A program made the position numbers and the translations under genes. This document shows, one piece after another, positions 18,299-29,961 of a stretch of DNA of 34,677 nt. The stretch is taken from the NCBI GenBank assembly GCA_003137035.1, contig PLEM01000495.1, positions 952 to 35,628 on the forward strand, in the 5' to 3' direction. The notes beneath the pieces were generated by a model. That model made no database searches, was not told where the DNA came from, and saw only the letters and a program-made list of their open reading frames with translations. The number at the start of each line of letters is the position of its first letter. Within the stretch, counting starts at the first letter, position 1. Source of the stretch: Bryobacterales bacterium. GTDB taxonomy: Bacteria > Acidobacteriota > Terriglobia > Bryobacterales > Bryobacteraceae.

Positions 18299-18742
18299 AT
18301 GGGCGAACGGGTGCACACCATCCTGGCGAACAAGGGTTCCGCGATCTGGTCGGTGCGGCCGGAGGCGACCGTCTACGAGGCGCTGAAGCTGCTGGCCGAA
18401 AAGGATGTGGGGGCGCTGCTGGTGATCTCGGACGGCAAGCTGGCCGGGGTCTTCTCGGAGCGCGACTACGCGCGCAAGGTGGCGCTGATGGGGAAGTCGT
18501 CGAAGGAATTGCGCGTCGCGGAGATCATGACCAGCCCGGTAATCACGGTGACGCCCGAGCACACCATCGAGGAGTGCATGAGAATCGTCACCGCGCACCA
18601 CATCCGGCACCTGCCGGTGGTGGACGGGGACCATCTGGCGGGCATGATCTCGATCGGCGACCTGGTGAACGCGATCATCTCGGCGCAGGCGGACACCATC
18701 CAGCACTTGAGCAACTACATCGCGGGGGAGTACCCACGGTAG
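18299..18742 (+). CDS. CBS domain pair protein
   Basis: Two CBS repeats: VGALLVISDGKLAGVFSERD and IRHLPVVDGDHLAGMISIGD. The ATG at 18299 is preferred over the listed TTG at 18263. Confidence 0.8.
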   Translation: MGERVHTILANKGSAIWSVRPEATVYEALKLLAEKDVGALLVISDGKLAGVFSERDYARKVALMGKSSKELRVAEIMTSPVITVTPEHTIEECMRIVTAHHIRHLPVVDGDHLAGMISIGDLVNAIISAQADTIQHLSNYIAGEYPR

Positions 18743-18853
18743 GCGCTGGGCGCTCCGGCTCCCGCCGAACAGCGAGCCGGGTCATCCCCAGACGTGAATG
18801 CACGCGCTGCGTGAGTATTCAATATTAGCCAAGTCGGAATCTCGTAGCGGGCT

Positions 18854-19249
18854 TCACTTGCACTTGCACCACGGACACCCTTTCGCCTCCCATAGCTGAA
18901 CTGTCTTATACAGGTCGTTGAGGAAAAGACATAGTTCGCTCGTCTTGAATTCGGAGAAACGAAACGTGAAGGACTGTTGTGGCTTGCCATCACAGAAAAC
19001 CGCGACTCGATGGCGAGTGGTCGTACCTAAACCAGCAATCTTGATGCTCTCTTTGACAGGCCACGCCATCGCTTGGGTCTTATCGATTCTCAGTGAGAGC
19101 TTTTCAGAGTCACAGAACAAACCCGGAGCGCTCCTGGGATCCGGCTTCTCGGGCACGGGTGCGATACAAACCGACCCTAGTGAGGGTCCGGCAGAAGAGG
19201 CCGAATTCACGAGCGCTAGGATCATGAGTATAGGCCCTGTTGTTCGCAT
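18854..19249 (-). CDS. hypothetical small secreted Cys-containing protein (orphan, AT-richer than its surroundings)
   Basis: The ATG at 19249 is preceded by GGGAG at 6 nt. Signal-like N-terminus MRTTGPILMILALVNSASSA. The C-terminus is ..GCPWCKCK. I recognise no family. Confidence 0.5.
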   Translation of the reverse strand: MRTTGPILMILALVNSASSAGPSLGSVCIAPVPEKPDPRSAPGLFCDSEKLSLRIDKTQAMAWPVKESIKIAGLGTTTRHRVAVFCDGKPQQSFTFRFSEFKTSELCLFLNDLYKTVQLWEAKGCPWCKCK

Positions 19250-19366
19250 ACTCGTCTCCCAGGACGATTATAGGCGGAAGGAAGCCGCCTGGCTAGCGCC
19301 CGACGATTCGGCGGAGCGGAGAACGGTTGGGCTCCGAGTACTCGACGCGGGTTACCATGAACTGGA

Positions 19367-19717
19367 ATGACCTACCTGATTGTTCTCAACGACCACCCGT
19401 ACGAGTCGGAGCGGAACTACAACGGGCTGCGGCTGGCGACCTCGCTCGCCGGCAACGACCAAAACGTGGTGCGGCTGTTCCTGATCGGCGAGGCGGTACG
19501 CTCGGCGGTGGGCGGCGCGACCGTTCCCGATGGCGTGCACGACATCGAATGGATGCTACGGCGATTCGCGGCGGGCGGGCGGCCGGTGGGAGTCTGCCGC
19601 ACCTGCATGGAAGCGCGGGGCATTGAGACCGAGGCGCTCATCGATTGCACGTACCGTAGCACGCTGGATGAACTGACGCGGTGGACGGAAGAGGCGGACA
19701 AGGTCCTGGTGTTCTGA
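19367..19717 (+). CDS. DsrE/DsrF-like sulfur-relay family protein
   Basis: 116 aa. MTYLIVLNDHPYESERNYNGLRLA ... VCRTCMEARG is typical of the DsrE fold family. Confidence 0.7.
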   Translation: MTYLIVLNDHPYESERNYNGLRLATSLAGNDQNVVRLFLIGEAVRSAVGGATVPDGVHDIEWMLRRFAAGGRPVGVCRTCMEARGIETEALIDCTYRSTLDELTRWTEEADKVLVF

Positions 19718-19747
19718 GGGTTCGGAAATTGGTGAATGAGTGTACTG

Positions 19748-20809
19748 TCACGGGTTTTTTAGCAGCGGCGCGCTCAGGACGGCGTCGTTCCGTCCCACGT
19801 ATTTCCGGAAGACGGCGGCGAGACCGGGGTTGTTCTGCAGCCGCATATCCGATCGCAGGTCGGGATTGGGATCGTTGAAGAACGCGGCGTTCCACCAGGA
19901 GAAGCCGATGAGCTTCGGCCAGCGGCCGCCGGTGATGTCCGCGAGGGCGTCGATGGCCCAGGAAACTTGCAGGGGATCCCTGATATTGCCGAACTCGGAG
20001 ACCACGATGGGCTTGTCGGCAAGCTTGCGCAGGCGGCCGTAAACCCAATCCATCTGCCAGCGGAACGAGACCGCCCGCAGGTCCTTGGGGATCTGGCGGC
20101 CATAGACACTGACGCCGAACCAGTCGATCCATTCGTCGCCTGGGTAGTAGTTCTCGAAGCGGTTCCAGTCGACCACCGGCTCATCCCAGGGATCGACGTG
20201 GAATACCCAGCGGATGTTGCGCGCCCCTTCCTCCCGGGCGATCTGGATGATGTGGCGGTAGGCGGCGCGGAAGCGGGCCACCGAGTCGGGGTAGGAGCCG
20301 CCTTCCTGGTTCCACAGCCCGTTCCAGGGAAACCAGAAACCGTTCACCTCGACGCCGTATTCGGCCAGCAGCGGGGTTCCGAAGCGCTTGGCGTCGCGCA
20401 TCCAGCGGCGGAAGTCCCCGTCAAAGCGGCCGCGGAGGATGTTCTCCAAGGTGAAAACCGGATCTGGGCACTGGATGGCGGGGTGAAGCAGCATCAGGCG
20501 AATGTAGGGGATGCTGCCATTGGCGCGAATCCAGGAGGCGGTGGCCATGGGGAAACGGCGGCTCTGGTACCAGTTGTTGCAGAAGTAAACCCAGGTGGGG
20601 CGCTTGCCGACGAGCCGCTGATAGCCCCGAACGTCCGCTGGGACGATGTCGCCGCCCATGCCGTCGCGGCCGCCCGGGAAGACGCCTTGGTAAAGTTTTC
20701 CGGCGGGTGGCTCGGCGATCGCGTTGGTGGAGACGGCGGCGGCCGGGTCCAGCGCCGCAGCCAGCAGAAGCACCGCTAGCATGGAAGACCCCAGGTACGA
20801 ATGTAGCAT
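19748..20809 (-). CDS. secreted glycoside hydrolase family 26-like (beta-mannanase-like)
   Basis: Signal peptide plus GH26-like strings: LAEYGVEVNGFWFPWNG, PIVVSEFG, WFGVSVY. An alternative start is the ATG at 20782. Confidence 0.7.
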   Translation of the reverse strand: MLHSYLGSSMLAVLLLAAALDPAAAVSTNAIAEPPAGKLYQGVFPGGRDGMGGDIVPADVRGYQRLVGKRPTWVYFCNNWYQSRRFPMATASWIRANGSIPYIRLMLLHPAIQCPDPVFTLENILRGRFDGDFRRWMRDAKRFGTPLLAEYGVEVNGFWFPWNGLWNQEGGSYPDSVARFRAAYRHIIQIAREEGARNIRWVFHVDPWDEPVVDWNRFENYYPGDEWIDWFGVSVYGRQIPKDLRAVSFRWQMDWVYGRLRKLADKPIVVSEFGNIRDPLQVSWAIDALADITGGRWPKLIGFSWWNAAFFNDPNPDLRSDMRLQNNPGLAAVFRKYVGRNDAVLSAPLLKNP

Positions 20810-20829
20810 CGCCGGAGGAGGCGGCGAGC

Positions 20830-21108
20830 TCAGGCCACCAGCCGGACGATGACCACGATGTTCCAGGCGGCCAGCGCGGCGAACCAGTAGTTGATCCAGC
20901 GGATTACGTGGGGGCGGTGGAGGCCGATACAGATACCGCCCAGCGCCAGCGCGACGAGTTTGGCGGCGACGACGCCGAAGGTCGGGCCGAGACCAGCCGC
21001 CGCGAGGAATCGGATCAGAGGGCAGGCCTCACCGGCGCCTAAACCGATCCCCACCAGGGTGGTCAGGAAGTCCAGGAGCTGGAGACAGAGGAAAGTCGCT
21101 AGCAGCAC
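20830..21108 (-). CDS. small membrane protein, DUF5658-like
   Basis: 92 aa with 3 TM segments. The motif LLDFLTTLVGIGLGAGEACPL resembles the DUF5658 D..TT...G..E.NP pattern. GTG start. Confidence 0.55.
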   Translation of the reverse strand: MLLATFLCLQLLDFLTTLVGIGLGAGEACPLIRFLAAAGLGPTFGVVAAKLVALALGGICIGLHRPHVIRWINYWFAALAAWNIVVIVRLVA

Positions 21109-21183
21109 AGAATACTCATCGGCCCGGAGTGGATCGATTTGAGCCTATATCGCTCATGCCGGACCGGGATAGAATCGAGGTAG

Positions 21184-21540
21184 GTGAAGGACAAACCCAG
21201 ACAGTTCCCGGCGATCCTGTTCCCCGTGTTCCAGACGCAGGAAAGAACGCACTGGCGTCCGTCGCTGGACATCTACCGGATGCGAAACGGCTGGCTGCTG
21301 AAGTTCGATCTGGCCGGAGTCCCGCTGGAGGAAGTCAACGTCGAGGTGCAGGGCTGCCGGATCACGGTGAGCGGGGTCCGGCGCGACTATGTGGCCGAGG
21401 ATGTGGATGCCTGCTACGCCATGGAGATCGCCTACAACCGGTTCGAGCGCACGGTGGAGCTGCCGTGCGAGTTCGCCAACCCGGCGGTGACGGTCGAGGG
21501 CTGCAACGGGATCCTGATCATCCGTGTGACGGAGGGATGA
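21184..21540 (+). CDS. Hsp20/alpha-crystallin family small heat-shock protein
   Basis: WRPSLDIYRMRNGWLLKFDLAGVPLEEVNVEV ... FERTVELP. GTG start. Confidence 0.8.
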   Translation: MKDKPRQFPAILFPVFQTQERTHWRPSLDIYRMRNGWLLKFDLAGVPLEEVNVEVQGCRITVSGVRRDYVAEDVDACYAMEIAYNRFERTVELPCEFANPAVTVEGCNGILIIRVTEG

Positions 21541-23862
<2,322 letters not shown>

Positions 23863-23871
<9 letters not shown>

Positions 23872-23935
23872 GGCTCCAGCCTCGTCCCGGTTGTGCACCG
23901 GCTGCATCCAGGACAAGGCTGGAGCCTTATCCTAC
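23863..23935 (+). other. 19-bp stem-loop enclosing the lon stop codon, followed by a second hairpin at 23937-23954
   Basis: GTAGGATGAGGCTCCAGCC (23863-23881) pairs with GGCTGGAGCCTTATCCTAC (23917-23935), including one G.U pair. The loop contains CCGG-TTGTGCA-CCGG. The following hairpin is CGGAGC-GCGGAT-GCTCCG, then TTGCTGT. Confidence 0.6.
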
Positions 23936-23972
23936 TCGGAGCGCGGATGCTCCGTTGCTGTACCATGATGCT

Positions 23973-24908
23973 GTGCGGCGCGAGAGTATCCCGGACTATG
24001 TGCTGTCGTTGCCCGAGCGGGTGGTGCGCTCGGCCTCCGCGCTGGCGGGCGGCTTGCTCCGCGAGGTTGTGGACGTGGTGCTGCCGCCGCGGGTGCGCCG
24101 GACCAGCCTCTATCGCAACCTGGTCGGGGTCGGCCTGCGCTTCATGATCGAGGACGTCGGGCAGGTGGAGGGAGTTTACCCCCCGGCAGGCGAACTCGCC
24201 AGCGATTTCCTGTTCCGGCGCACGGCGGGGCACGGAGTCGAGTTGGCCGGCATCCTGGCGTTTCACGCTTCGCCGGTTTGGGTGATGGCCGCGCTGGCGG
24301 ATATTTGCGGTGCGGGCCGCGGCCTGATCTCCGAGATCTCGGATGCGCTGAAGCAGGAGGGATTGCTCGATCCCGAGACCAGGTTCGAGAACGTCGATCA
24401 GATCCTGGACGGCCTGGAGCGGAGCGCCGGCCGCGTCGCCGAAGCCCTCAACACGCCTCCGCTCGACGTCGCTGCCCTCCGCCGGGAGTGGGCGGCGGTG
24501 CGCGCCGAGGCACGCAAGATCCCCCCGCGAAATCTGCCGTCCGCGAAACTGGTCTGGCGCCACTGGGAGGCGCTGAAGCGAGAGGCGGCGGCGCAGAACC
24601 GTTCGGTCTTCGTGCTCTCGTCGATTCTGGCGGTGGCGGCCATCGGCCGGGTTCCGGAGAACCTGCGCTGGCTTTCGCGTTGCGCCCGGCTGGCGGCGCG
24701 GCGCACCGGGCAGGTGTTCGCCTCCGCGCTGCTCGATCATTACTCCAGCGCTCTGAAAGAGATCCGCAAGGCCGGGTACCTGGGCTACTGGAAGCGCGAG
24801 TTCCGGCCCTACCTGGTGGCCGCCGCCCGCCAGTTCTCGCCGCGCACAAAATCGCTCACCGCGAAGCTGTTAGAGCGAAAGCCTACTCGATCACCTGCTT
24901 CTTCTTGA
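23973..24908 (+). CDS. conserved-looking hypothetical protein; start uncertain
   Basis: Same frame as listed ORF 23106..24908. Start candidates are GTG 23973, TTG 23955 and ATG 23868; the last lies inside the 19-bp stem. I recognise no motif family. Confidence 0.5.
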   Translation: MRRESIPDYVLSLPERVVRSASALAGGLLREVVDVVLPPRVRRTSLYRNLVGVGLRFMIEDVGQVEGVYPPAGELASDFLFRRTAGHGVELAGILAFHASPVWVMAALADICGAGRGLISEISDALKQEGLLDPETRFENVDQILDGLERSAGRVAEALNTPPLDVAALRREWAAVRAEARKIPPRNLPSAKLVWRHWEALKREAAAQNRSVFVLSSILAVAAIGRVPENLRWLSRCARLAARRTGQVFASALLDHYSSALKEIRKAGYLGYWKREFRPYLVAAARQFSPRTKSLTAKLLERKPTRSPASS

Positions 24909-26193
24909 TCCAGTCGATGAGCAGGTCGCGCAGGAGCGGGCCGGTTTGCGGGAACGCCAGGCCGCGGGTGCCGAGGGCGCCGGTCTCGACGACAAAATCG
25001 ATCGTTGCGAGCGTGTATTCGCGGTCCGGCTCGACCGTGTGCGCCTTGGCGACCGCCGGTGGCAGTTGCGAGCCCTTGAACTTCCCTACCACCACCTTGT
25101 TGTCGAAGGGCATGACATTCCAGACGTGGCGCGCGAGCAGGCGGCCTTGCGGCAACTTGTCGCGCAGGCCGCCGAGGTTGATCAGGCCGAAATCGGCGCC
25201 CATCTGCTCGGCCATGGCGCCCTCGACCAGGCGCTGCAGGTCCACCTTCGCAAGCTCGCGCCGGGACTCGCCGATGGGCACGTCCACCACCTTCGAAACG
25301 CGTTTCTCCCACTTGGCCACGCGGGCGGCCATGTCGCCGGCGGGGGGAATGGACGAGTCGATCGGGATGCGCTTCCAGTTCCACGAAGCCAGCTTTTTCG
25401 CGGGCACGTCCACCTTGAGATCGAGCCGGCCGAGTTCGCGCCCGCAGCACTCCGCCCGCACCCACAGCCGATGCTCGAACTCCTCGGCCTTTTCCAGGCC
25501 GGTGTGAACGTGAGCGCCGACGACGACCGCGATCTCGGGAACCTCGTGCAGGACGGCGGCCTGCTCGGCGGCCTCCAGGTGGGCCAGCAGCACGATCACA
25601 TCGGAGCGGCCCGCGAGCTCGGCCGCGATCTTGCGGACCGTCTCGATGGGCGGCAGCGAGTGCCAGGGCCCGAGCTTGGCGGGCGCTTCGTAGTTCTCCA
25701 GGTGGCCCATCAAGGCGCCGATCACCGCCACGCGCATGCCATTTACCTTCCGGATGACGTAAGCGTTGCGCGTGAACAAGCGGCCGCCGCCATCCACGAC
25801 GTTGGCCGAGACGATCGGAGCAACGCCGGCCTTCAGAAATCGGGAAGTCGTTTCCCATCCGTAGTCGAAGTCGTGGTTGCCGAGCGTGGAGATCTGGAAG
25901 TGGAACAGACCCGCAATCTGATACACCGGGATTCCTTGAAAGAGCGTCGAGACCGGCTCGCCTTGCACCAGGTCGCCGGCGTTCACCAGCAGGCACCAGG
26001 TGCAGCCCTGTTGTTCGCGGCGAATGGCGGTGGCCAGGCGGGCGAAGCCGCCGTGGTCCTGCAAGTCCGGCAGCAGCCCGGCATGCAGGTCGCCCACGTG
26101 AAGCAACGAGAGCGAGCGAACGGTCTCCTGCGCCGCCGCCGCGGCGACGAGCAGAAGGAGGAGTGAAATCAGGCGTTGAAAGCGAGACACCAC
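24883..26193 (-). CDS. secreted bifunctional metallophosphatase / 5'-nucleotidase (UshA-like)
   Basis: Signal peptide MVSRFQRLISLLLLLVAAAAAQE. Metallophosphoesterase motifs HVGDLHAG, NAGD, GNHDFD. A C-terminal 5'-nucleotidase-like domain follows. Confidence 0.8.
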   Translation of the reverse strand: MVSRFQRLISLLLLLVAAAAAQETVRSLSLLHVGDLHAGLLPDLQDHGGFARLATAIRREQQGCTWCLLVNAGDLVQGEPVSTLFQGIPVYQIAGLFHFQISTLGNHDFDYGWETTSRFLKAGVAPIVSANVVDGGGRLFTRNAYVIRKVNGMRVAVIGALMGHLENYEAPAKLGPWHSLPPIETVRKIAAELAGRSDVIVLLAHLEAAEQAAVLHEVPEIAVVVGAHVHTGLEKAEEFEHRLWVRAECCGRELGRLDLKVDVPAKKLASWNWKRIPIDSSIPPAGDMAARVAKWEKRVSKVVDVPIGESRRELAKVDLQRLVEGAMAEQMGADFGLINLGGLRDKLPQGRLLARHVWNVMPFDNKVVVGKFKGSQLPPAVAKAHTVEPDREYTLATIDFVVETGALGTRGLAFPQTGPLLRDLLIDWIKKKQVIE

Positions 26194-26212
26194 TCAAGTA
26201 TAAGGGAGCCCC

Positions 26213-28072
26213 TCAACGGGCGGCGCCGCTGCGCAGGAAGCGGAGAAACTCGCCGGAATCGCGCGTGAGGCCTGGAGAGGTTGCGACCACCTTCTCATCC
26301 GGGTCCACGATGGCGTAGTAGGGAATCGCGACCGTAGAGAACCTGGTCTCCTCCATCTTCTGGTTTGCCTCGGAGGCGGCATCGGTCCCGTCGGTGTAGA
26401 GTTCCAGCAGGACGAAATCTTTCATCGCCGCCGCGATCTCCGGGCGCGGGAACATGTTGGCCTTCATCCAGTGGCAGTTGGTGCAGGCGTAGCCGGTGAA
26501 GGCGACGAATACCCGCGTGTTCCTGCGGCGGGCCTCGGCCAGCGCTTCGCGGTATTGATTCTTCATCCACACGGAGCCGTCGGTGGCGACGGCGGGCACG
26601 TAAGCGTCGAGCTCCCCAAGCCGCGCTCCGAACATTCCCGGCGCGAGGCTGAGGGCGAACACCAGCAGCGCCGCCCCGGCCAGCAGCCGCGCGAGGCCCA
26701 GCGGCTCGTCGGACCGGGCGCCGCCGAGACGCAGGAATCCCAGCAAATACAGCCCGGGAAGTGCGAACAGCACGATCCAGACGGCCAGGAACCGCTCGCG
26801 CGTGAGCAGGTTCCACTGCAACACCTGATCCACGGCGCTCAGGTACTTGAACATCGCCGCCAGAATCAGGAAGCCCATGACGATCTTCACCCGCTCCAGC
26901 CAGCCGCCGCTCTTGGGCATGCGTTTCAGGTAGGAGGGGAACAGAGCGAGAAAGAAGAACGGCGTGGCGAGGCCGGTGGCGAACGAGACCATGCCGGCCA
27001 GCGGCCGCACTCCTCCGCCCTGGACCGAGGCAGCCAGCAGAGTCCCCACGAACGGCCCGACGCAGGCAAACGAGGTGAGAGAAAACGTGAGTCCCATGAG
27101 CAGCGTTCCGGCGATGCCGCCGCCCTTCGAGGCGCGGTCCAGCCTAGTCAGGAGGCTCGAGGGAAGCGAGATCTCGAAGGCGCCCAACAGGCTCAGCGCG
27201 AAGACCAGAAACACCAGCGCAACGAACCCGTTCACCCAGACGTTCGAGCCCAGTTGCACCACGCCGAACGGTCCCAGAATGGCGGTCGCCGCCAGGCCCA
27301 GCAGCGAGAACAGCACGACGATCCCGAGCGAAAACAGCGCCGCTTCCCCGACGCTCTTTCCGCGCGAGGCGGCCGGCTTGTTCAGGAAGTACGAGACCGT
27401 AATCGGGATCATCGGGAAGACGCAGGGGGTGAACAGCGCCGCCAGGCCAATCCCGAACGCCACCAGCATGAAGACGGCCAGACCCTGCGAGGACGGCGTG
27501 GCGGGCTGTGCCGGAACCGGAGGCGCGGGCGCGGACGGGTCGAAGAGGGTGTAGCCTTGCGGAACGACCGGCGCCACCGCCCTGACACCCGGCTCCAGAG
27601 TGACCCCAGCGGTGGCCGCGACCCGGCGGGGCGGCAGGCACATCTTGTTGTTGCAGGTCTGGAAGCGGACGTTGGCCGTGAGTTCCAGCGGACCGGTGGG
27701 CGCGCTGCCGGCGATCTGAACCTCGAGCAGGAAGACCGCTTCGCCCTCGTAGGTCGCCACATCGAATCCGAAGTTTTGATCGAACGAGGTGTGCGGCCGG
27801 GGCTGATAGATCTTGACGGACTCAATTGCCGGGCTCGCGGCCAAGCCGATGCTGGTGGCAATGATGGGCTTGGGGGCGGCCAGCGCGTAGAGGTGCCAGC
27901 CGGGCTCCATCCGGGCGGTCAATCGCGCCAGGACGCGGGAGCCCGGAGCGACTCGGGCCGGCTCCGCCGCGAGACTCCACTGGACGGGGTTGAGCTTCTG
28001 CGCCGGCGCCGGTTGCGATAGCGCAACCGCCAGCAGAATCGGCAAGGCCGGAATGGAACCGCGCAGGTTCAC
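26213..28072 (-). CDS. dsbD: thiol:disulfide interchange protein DsbD family (N-terminal DsbD domain, CcdA-type membrane core, C-terminal thioredoxin)
   Basis: The GTG at 28072 (VNLRGSIPALPILLAVAL..) lies 1 nt after the plsX stop. Strings: GWHLYAL, membrane Cys motifs FTPCVFPMIP and FACVGPF, C-terminal CxxC (YACTNCHW). Confidence 0.8.
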   Translation of the reverse strand: MNLRGSIPALPILLAVALSQPAPAQKLNPVQWSLAAEPARVAPGSRVLARLTARMEPGWHLYALAAPKPIIATSIGLAASPAIESVKIYQPRPHTSFDQNFGFDVATYEGEAVFLLEVQIAGSAPTGPLELTANVRFQTCNNKMCLPPRRVAATAGVTLEPGVRAVAPVVPQGYTLFDPSAPAPPVPAQPATPSSQGLAVFMLVAFGIGLAALFTPCVFPMIPITVSYFLNKPAASRGKSVGEAALFSLGIVVLFSLLGLAATAILGPFGVVQLGSNVWVNGFVALVFLVFALSLLGAFEISLPSSLLTRLDRASKGGGIAGTLLMGLTFSLTSFACVGPFVGTLLAASVQGGGVRPLAGMVSFATGLATPFFFLALFPSYLKRMPKSGGWLERVKIVMGFLILAAMFKYLSAVDQVLQWNLLTRERFLAVWIVLFALPGLYLLGFLRLGGARSDEPLGLARLLAGAALLVFALSLAPGMFGARLGELDAYVPAVATDGSVWMKNQYREALAEARRRNTRVFVAFTGYACTNCHWMKANMFPRPEIAAAMKDFVLLELYTDGTDAASEANQKMEETRFSTVAIPYYAIVDPDEKVVATSPGLTRDSGEFLRFLRSGAAR

Positions 28073-28073
28073 T

Positions 28074-29105
28074 TCAGTCGGCTTTGACGGTCTCTTTGAC
28101 TTCCGGCGACCAGCGCCGCACCTCGTCCTCGATGCGCTGGTCGATCCGGTGGTTGGCGAACTCGGCGGCCACGCGGATGGCGTTCTTGATGGCGTTGGCG
28201 TTGGAACCGCCGTGACAAATGACGCACACGCCGCGGACGCCCAGCAGCAACGCGCCGCCATACTCGGAGTAATCGACTCGCTTTTTGAAGTCGGCGAACG
28301 CGGCTCGCGAGAGCACGTACCCGATCTTGCGGGTGATGGTGGCCTGCAGCGATTCCAGGAGCATCTGCTTCACCATCTCGACCAGGCCCTCGCTCACCTT
28401 CAGCGCCACGTTTCCGGTGAAACCGTCGCAGACGATCACGTCGGCCTTCCCGGTGTACAGATCCCGGCCCTCCACGTTGCCGATGAAGTTGATGGCCAGC
28501 GACTTCAGCAGGGGTGTGGCGGTGCGCGTCAGCTCGTTGCCTTTATGCTCCTCCTCGCCGATGGAGAGCAGCCCGACGCGGGGCTCCTTCAGGTGCAGGA
28601 TGACGCGGGCGTAAATGTCGCCCATCACGGCGAACTGCGCCAGCATGTGTGGAGTGCAGTCGACGTTGGCGCCCACGTCCATCAGAACGGCCGGAGTGCC
28701 CTTGATGGTCGGAAACGTGGAAGCCAGCGCGGGCCGGTGCACCCCGGGGATCATCCCCTGAACCATCTTGGAAGTCACCATCACCGCGCCGGTGTTGCCG
28801 GCCGACACCAGCCCCTGCGCGATCCCGTCGCGTACCAGCCGGGCGGCCACCCGGATGGAGCTGTCGCGCTTAGCGCGGACCGCCCGGGCGGCGCTGTCCT
28901 GCATGGTCACCTGCTCGGAGGCGTGGAGGATCTTGATGGGAAGATCGAGGTGACCGTCCTGCTGGGCCAGCTCCTTCTTCACCACTTCTTCGCGGCCCAC
29001 CAGGACCACCTGTACGCCCAGGCTCCTGGCGGCCCGGATCGCGCCCTCGATTTCCACCTTCGGGGCGTTATCGCCGCCCATGGCGTCAACAGCGATAGTC
29101 ACCAT
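28074..29105 (-). CDS. plsX: phosphate acyltransferase PlsX
   Basis: [15 protein letters not shown].. with family-wide identity. It sits downstream of rpmF as in most bacteria. Confidence 0.95.
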   Translation of the reverse strand: MVTIAVDAMGGDNAPKVEIEGAIRAARSLGVQVVLVGREEVVKKELAQQDGHLDLPIKILHASEQVTMQDSAARAVRAKRDSSIRVAARLVRDGIAQGLVSAGNTGAVMVTSKMVQGMIPGVHRPALASTFPTIKGTPAVLMDVGANVDCTPHMLAQFAVMGDIYARVILHLKEPRVGLLSIGEEEHKGNELTRTATPLLKSLAINFIGNVEGRDLYTGKADVIVCDGFTGNVALKVSEGLVEMVKQMLLESLQATITRKIGYVLSRAAFADFKKRVDYSEYGGALLLGVRGVCVICHGGSNANAIKNAIRVAAEFANHRIDQRIEDEVRRWSPEVKETVKAD

Positions 29106-29124
29106 AGCATGGCGTCTGACAGCG

Positions 29125-29307
29125 CTACTCTTCGGCGACCTCGATCACTTCCCGGCCTTTGTACTGGCCGCAGTGCGGGCATACGCGATGGGGCGGCTTC
29201 GGCTCGTGGCAGTTGGGGCACTCGGAGCGCCCCGCCGGCGTCAGCGCATCATGGGCGCGGCGCTTTGCCCGGCGCTGCGCGGAATGTCGTCTCTTCGGAT
29301 TCGGCAT
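29125..29307 (-). CDS. rpmF: 50S ribosomal protein L32
   Basis: The internal ATG at 29307 gives the 60-aa [20 protein letters not shown].. with a CxxC..CxxC zinc ribbon. Confidence 0.95.
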   Translation of the reverse strand: MPNPKRRHSAQRRAKRRAHDALTPAGRSECPNCHEPKPPHRVCPHCGQYKGREVIEVAEE

Positions 29308-29354
29308 GATGAGTTCCTCACTATTGTACTGGATTGCGGATGGTCGAATGCAGC

Positions 29355-29870
29355 TCAAAGATCCTTCAGGCCGGCCCAGCGGTCGTCTCCTACTTCCAGG
29401 TGACAGGCGCACTCCGCCAGGTTGCGATGCTGCCCGCAGACCGGGCAGATTCCCTTACAGTCCTCGCGGCAGACCCTCTGCATCGGCAGCGCCAGCAGGA
29501 CCTGCTCCCGGAGAACATCGCTCAGCTCGAGGCCGTTTCCCTGGTAGAAGCCGATCTCGGTCTCCGCGTCCCGAACCTCAATCTCATCCGCCCGGGGCAT
29601 CGTGGCGGCCGGACGGTAGAGCAGGTCGAAGTCGGCTTCGAGAGGGAAACTGGTCAACTCCAGGCAGCGGTCGCAGGCCACTTCCATCGACGTGCTGAAG
29701 TGGCCGCGCACGCGGATCTCCAGGATGGCTTCCAGCAGTTCGGCGACGCCCTCGGATTCGATCGGAGAGGTTTGGCGGAGCTGCGGATCGTAGAAGTCGA
29801 TAGCCCCGGGAGGAAAGGCCTCATGGAACCGCACCTTCCCTAGCTGCATCTGGTTGATATCAAGAAACAT
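29355..29870 (-). CDS. yceD: YceD/DUF177 family protein
   Basis: The ATG at 29870 (MFLDINQMQL..) follows GGGAG. C-terminal Cys cluster CREDCKGICPVCG. Conserved position upstream of rpmF. Confidence 0.85.
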   Translation of the reverse strand: MFLDINQMQLGKVRFHEAFPPGAIDFYDPQLRQTSPIESEGVAELLEAILEIRVRGHFSTSMEVACDRCLELTSFPLEADFDLLYRPAATMPRADEIEVRDAETEIGFYQGNGLELSDVLREQVLLALPMQRVCREDCKGICPVCGQHRNLAECACHLEVGDDRWAGLKDL

Positions 29871-29961
29871 ACTTCTACTCCCGGGCTCCCGCAGGCTGGA
29901 ATTCACTATTATAGCAGGCTGGCCGCCGGCTCAGCGCCAGGCTTGGCGCAGCTTTCGGAGG

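Noticed and set aside
18918-19370. 150-aa plus-strand ORF opposite the orphan secreted-protein gene
   Set aside because: It has a TTG start without an SD, no signal or motif, and its end overlaps the DsrE-like start. The minus-strand ORF has a GGGAG SD and a signal-like N-terminus. The choice remains uncertain.
21109-21183. Heat-shock control elements upstream of hsp20-lon (sigma32-type promoter, CIRCE)
   Set aside because: TTGAGC (21139) and CCGGGATAG are spaced about 19 nt apart and match the sigma32 consensus poorly. No TTAGCACTC-N9-GAGTGCTAA inverted repeat is present.
24809-28021. ORFs 24809..26197 -, 24946..26166 +, 26471..28021 + and 27990..29309 +
   Set aside because: They are alternative frames or antisense to the 5'-nucleotidase, dsbD and plsX genes. 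They have low-complexity composition.
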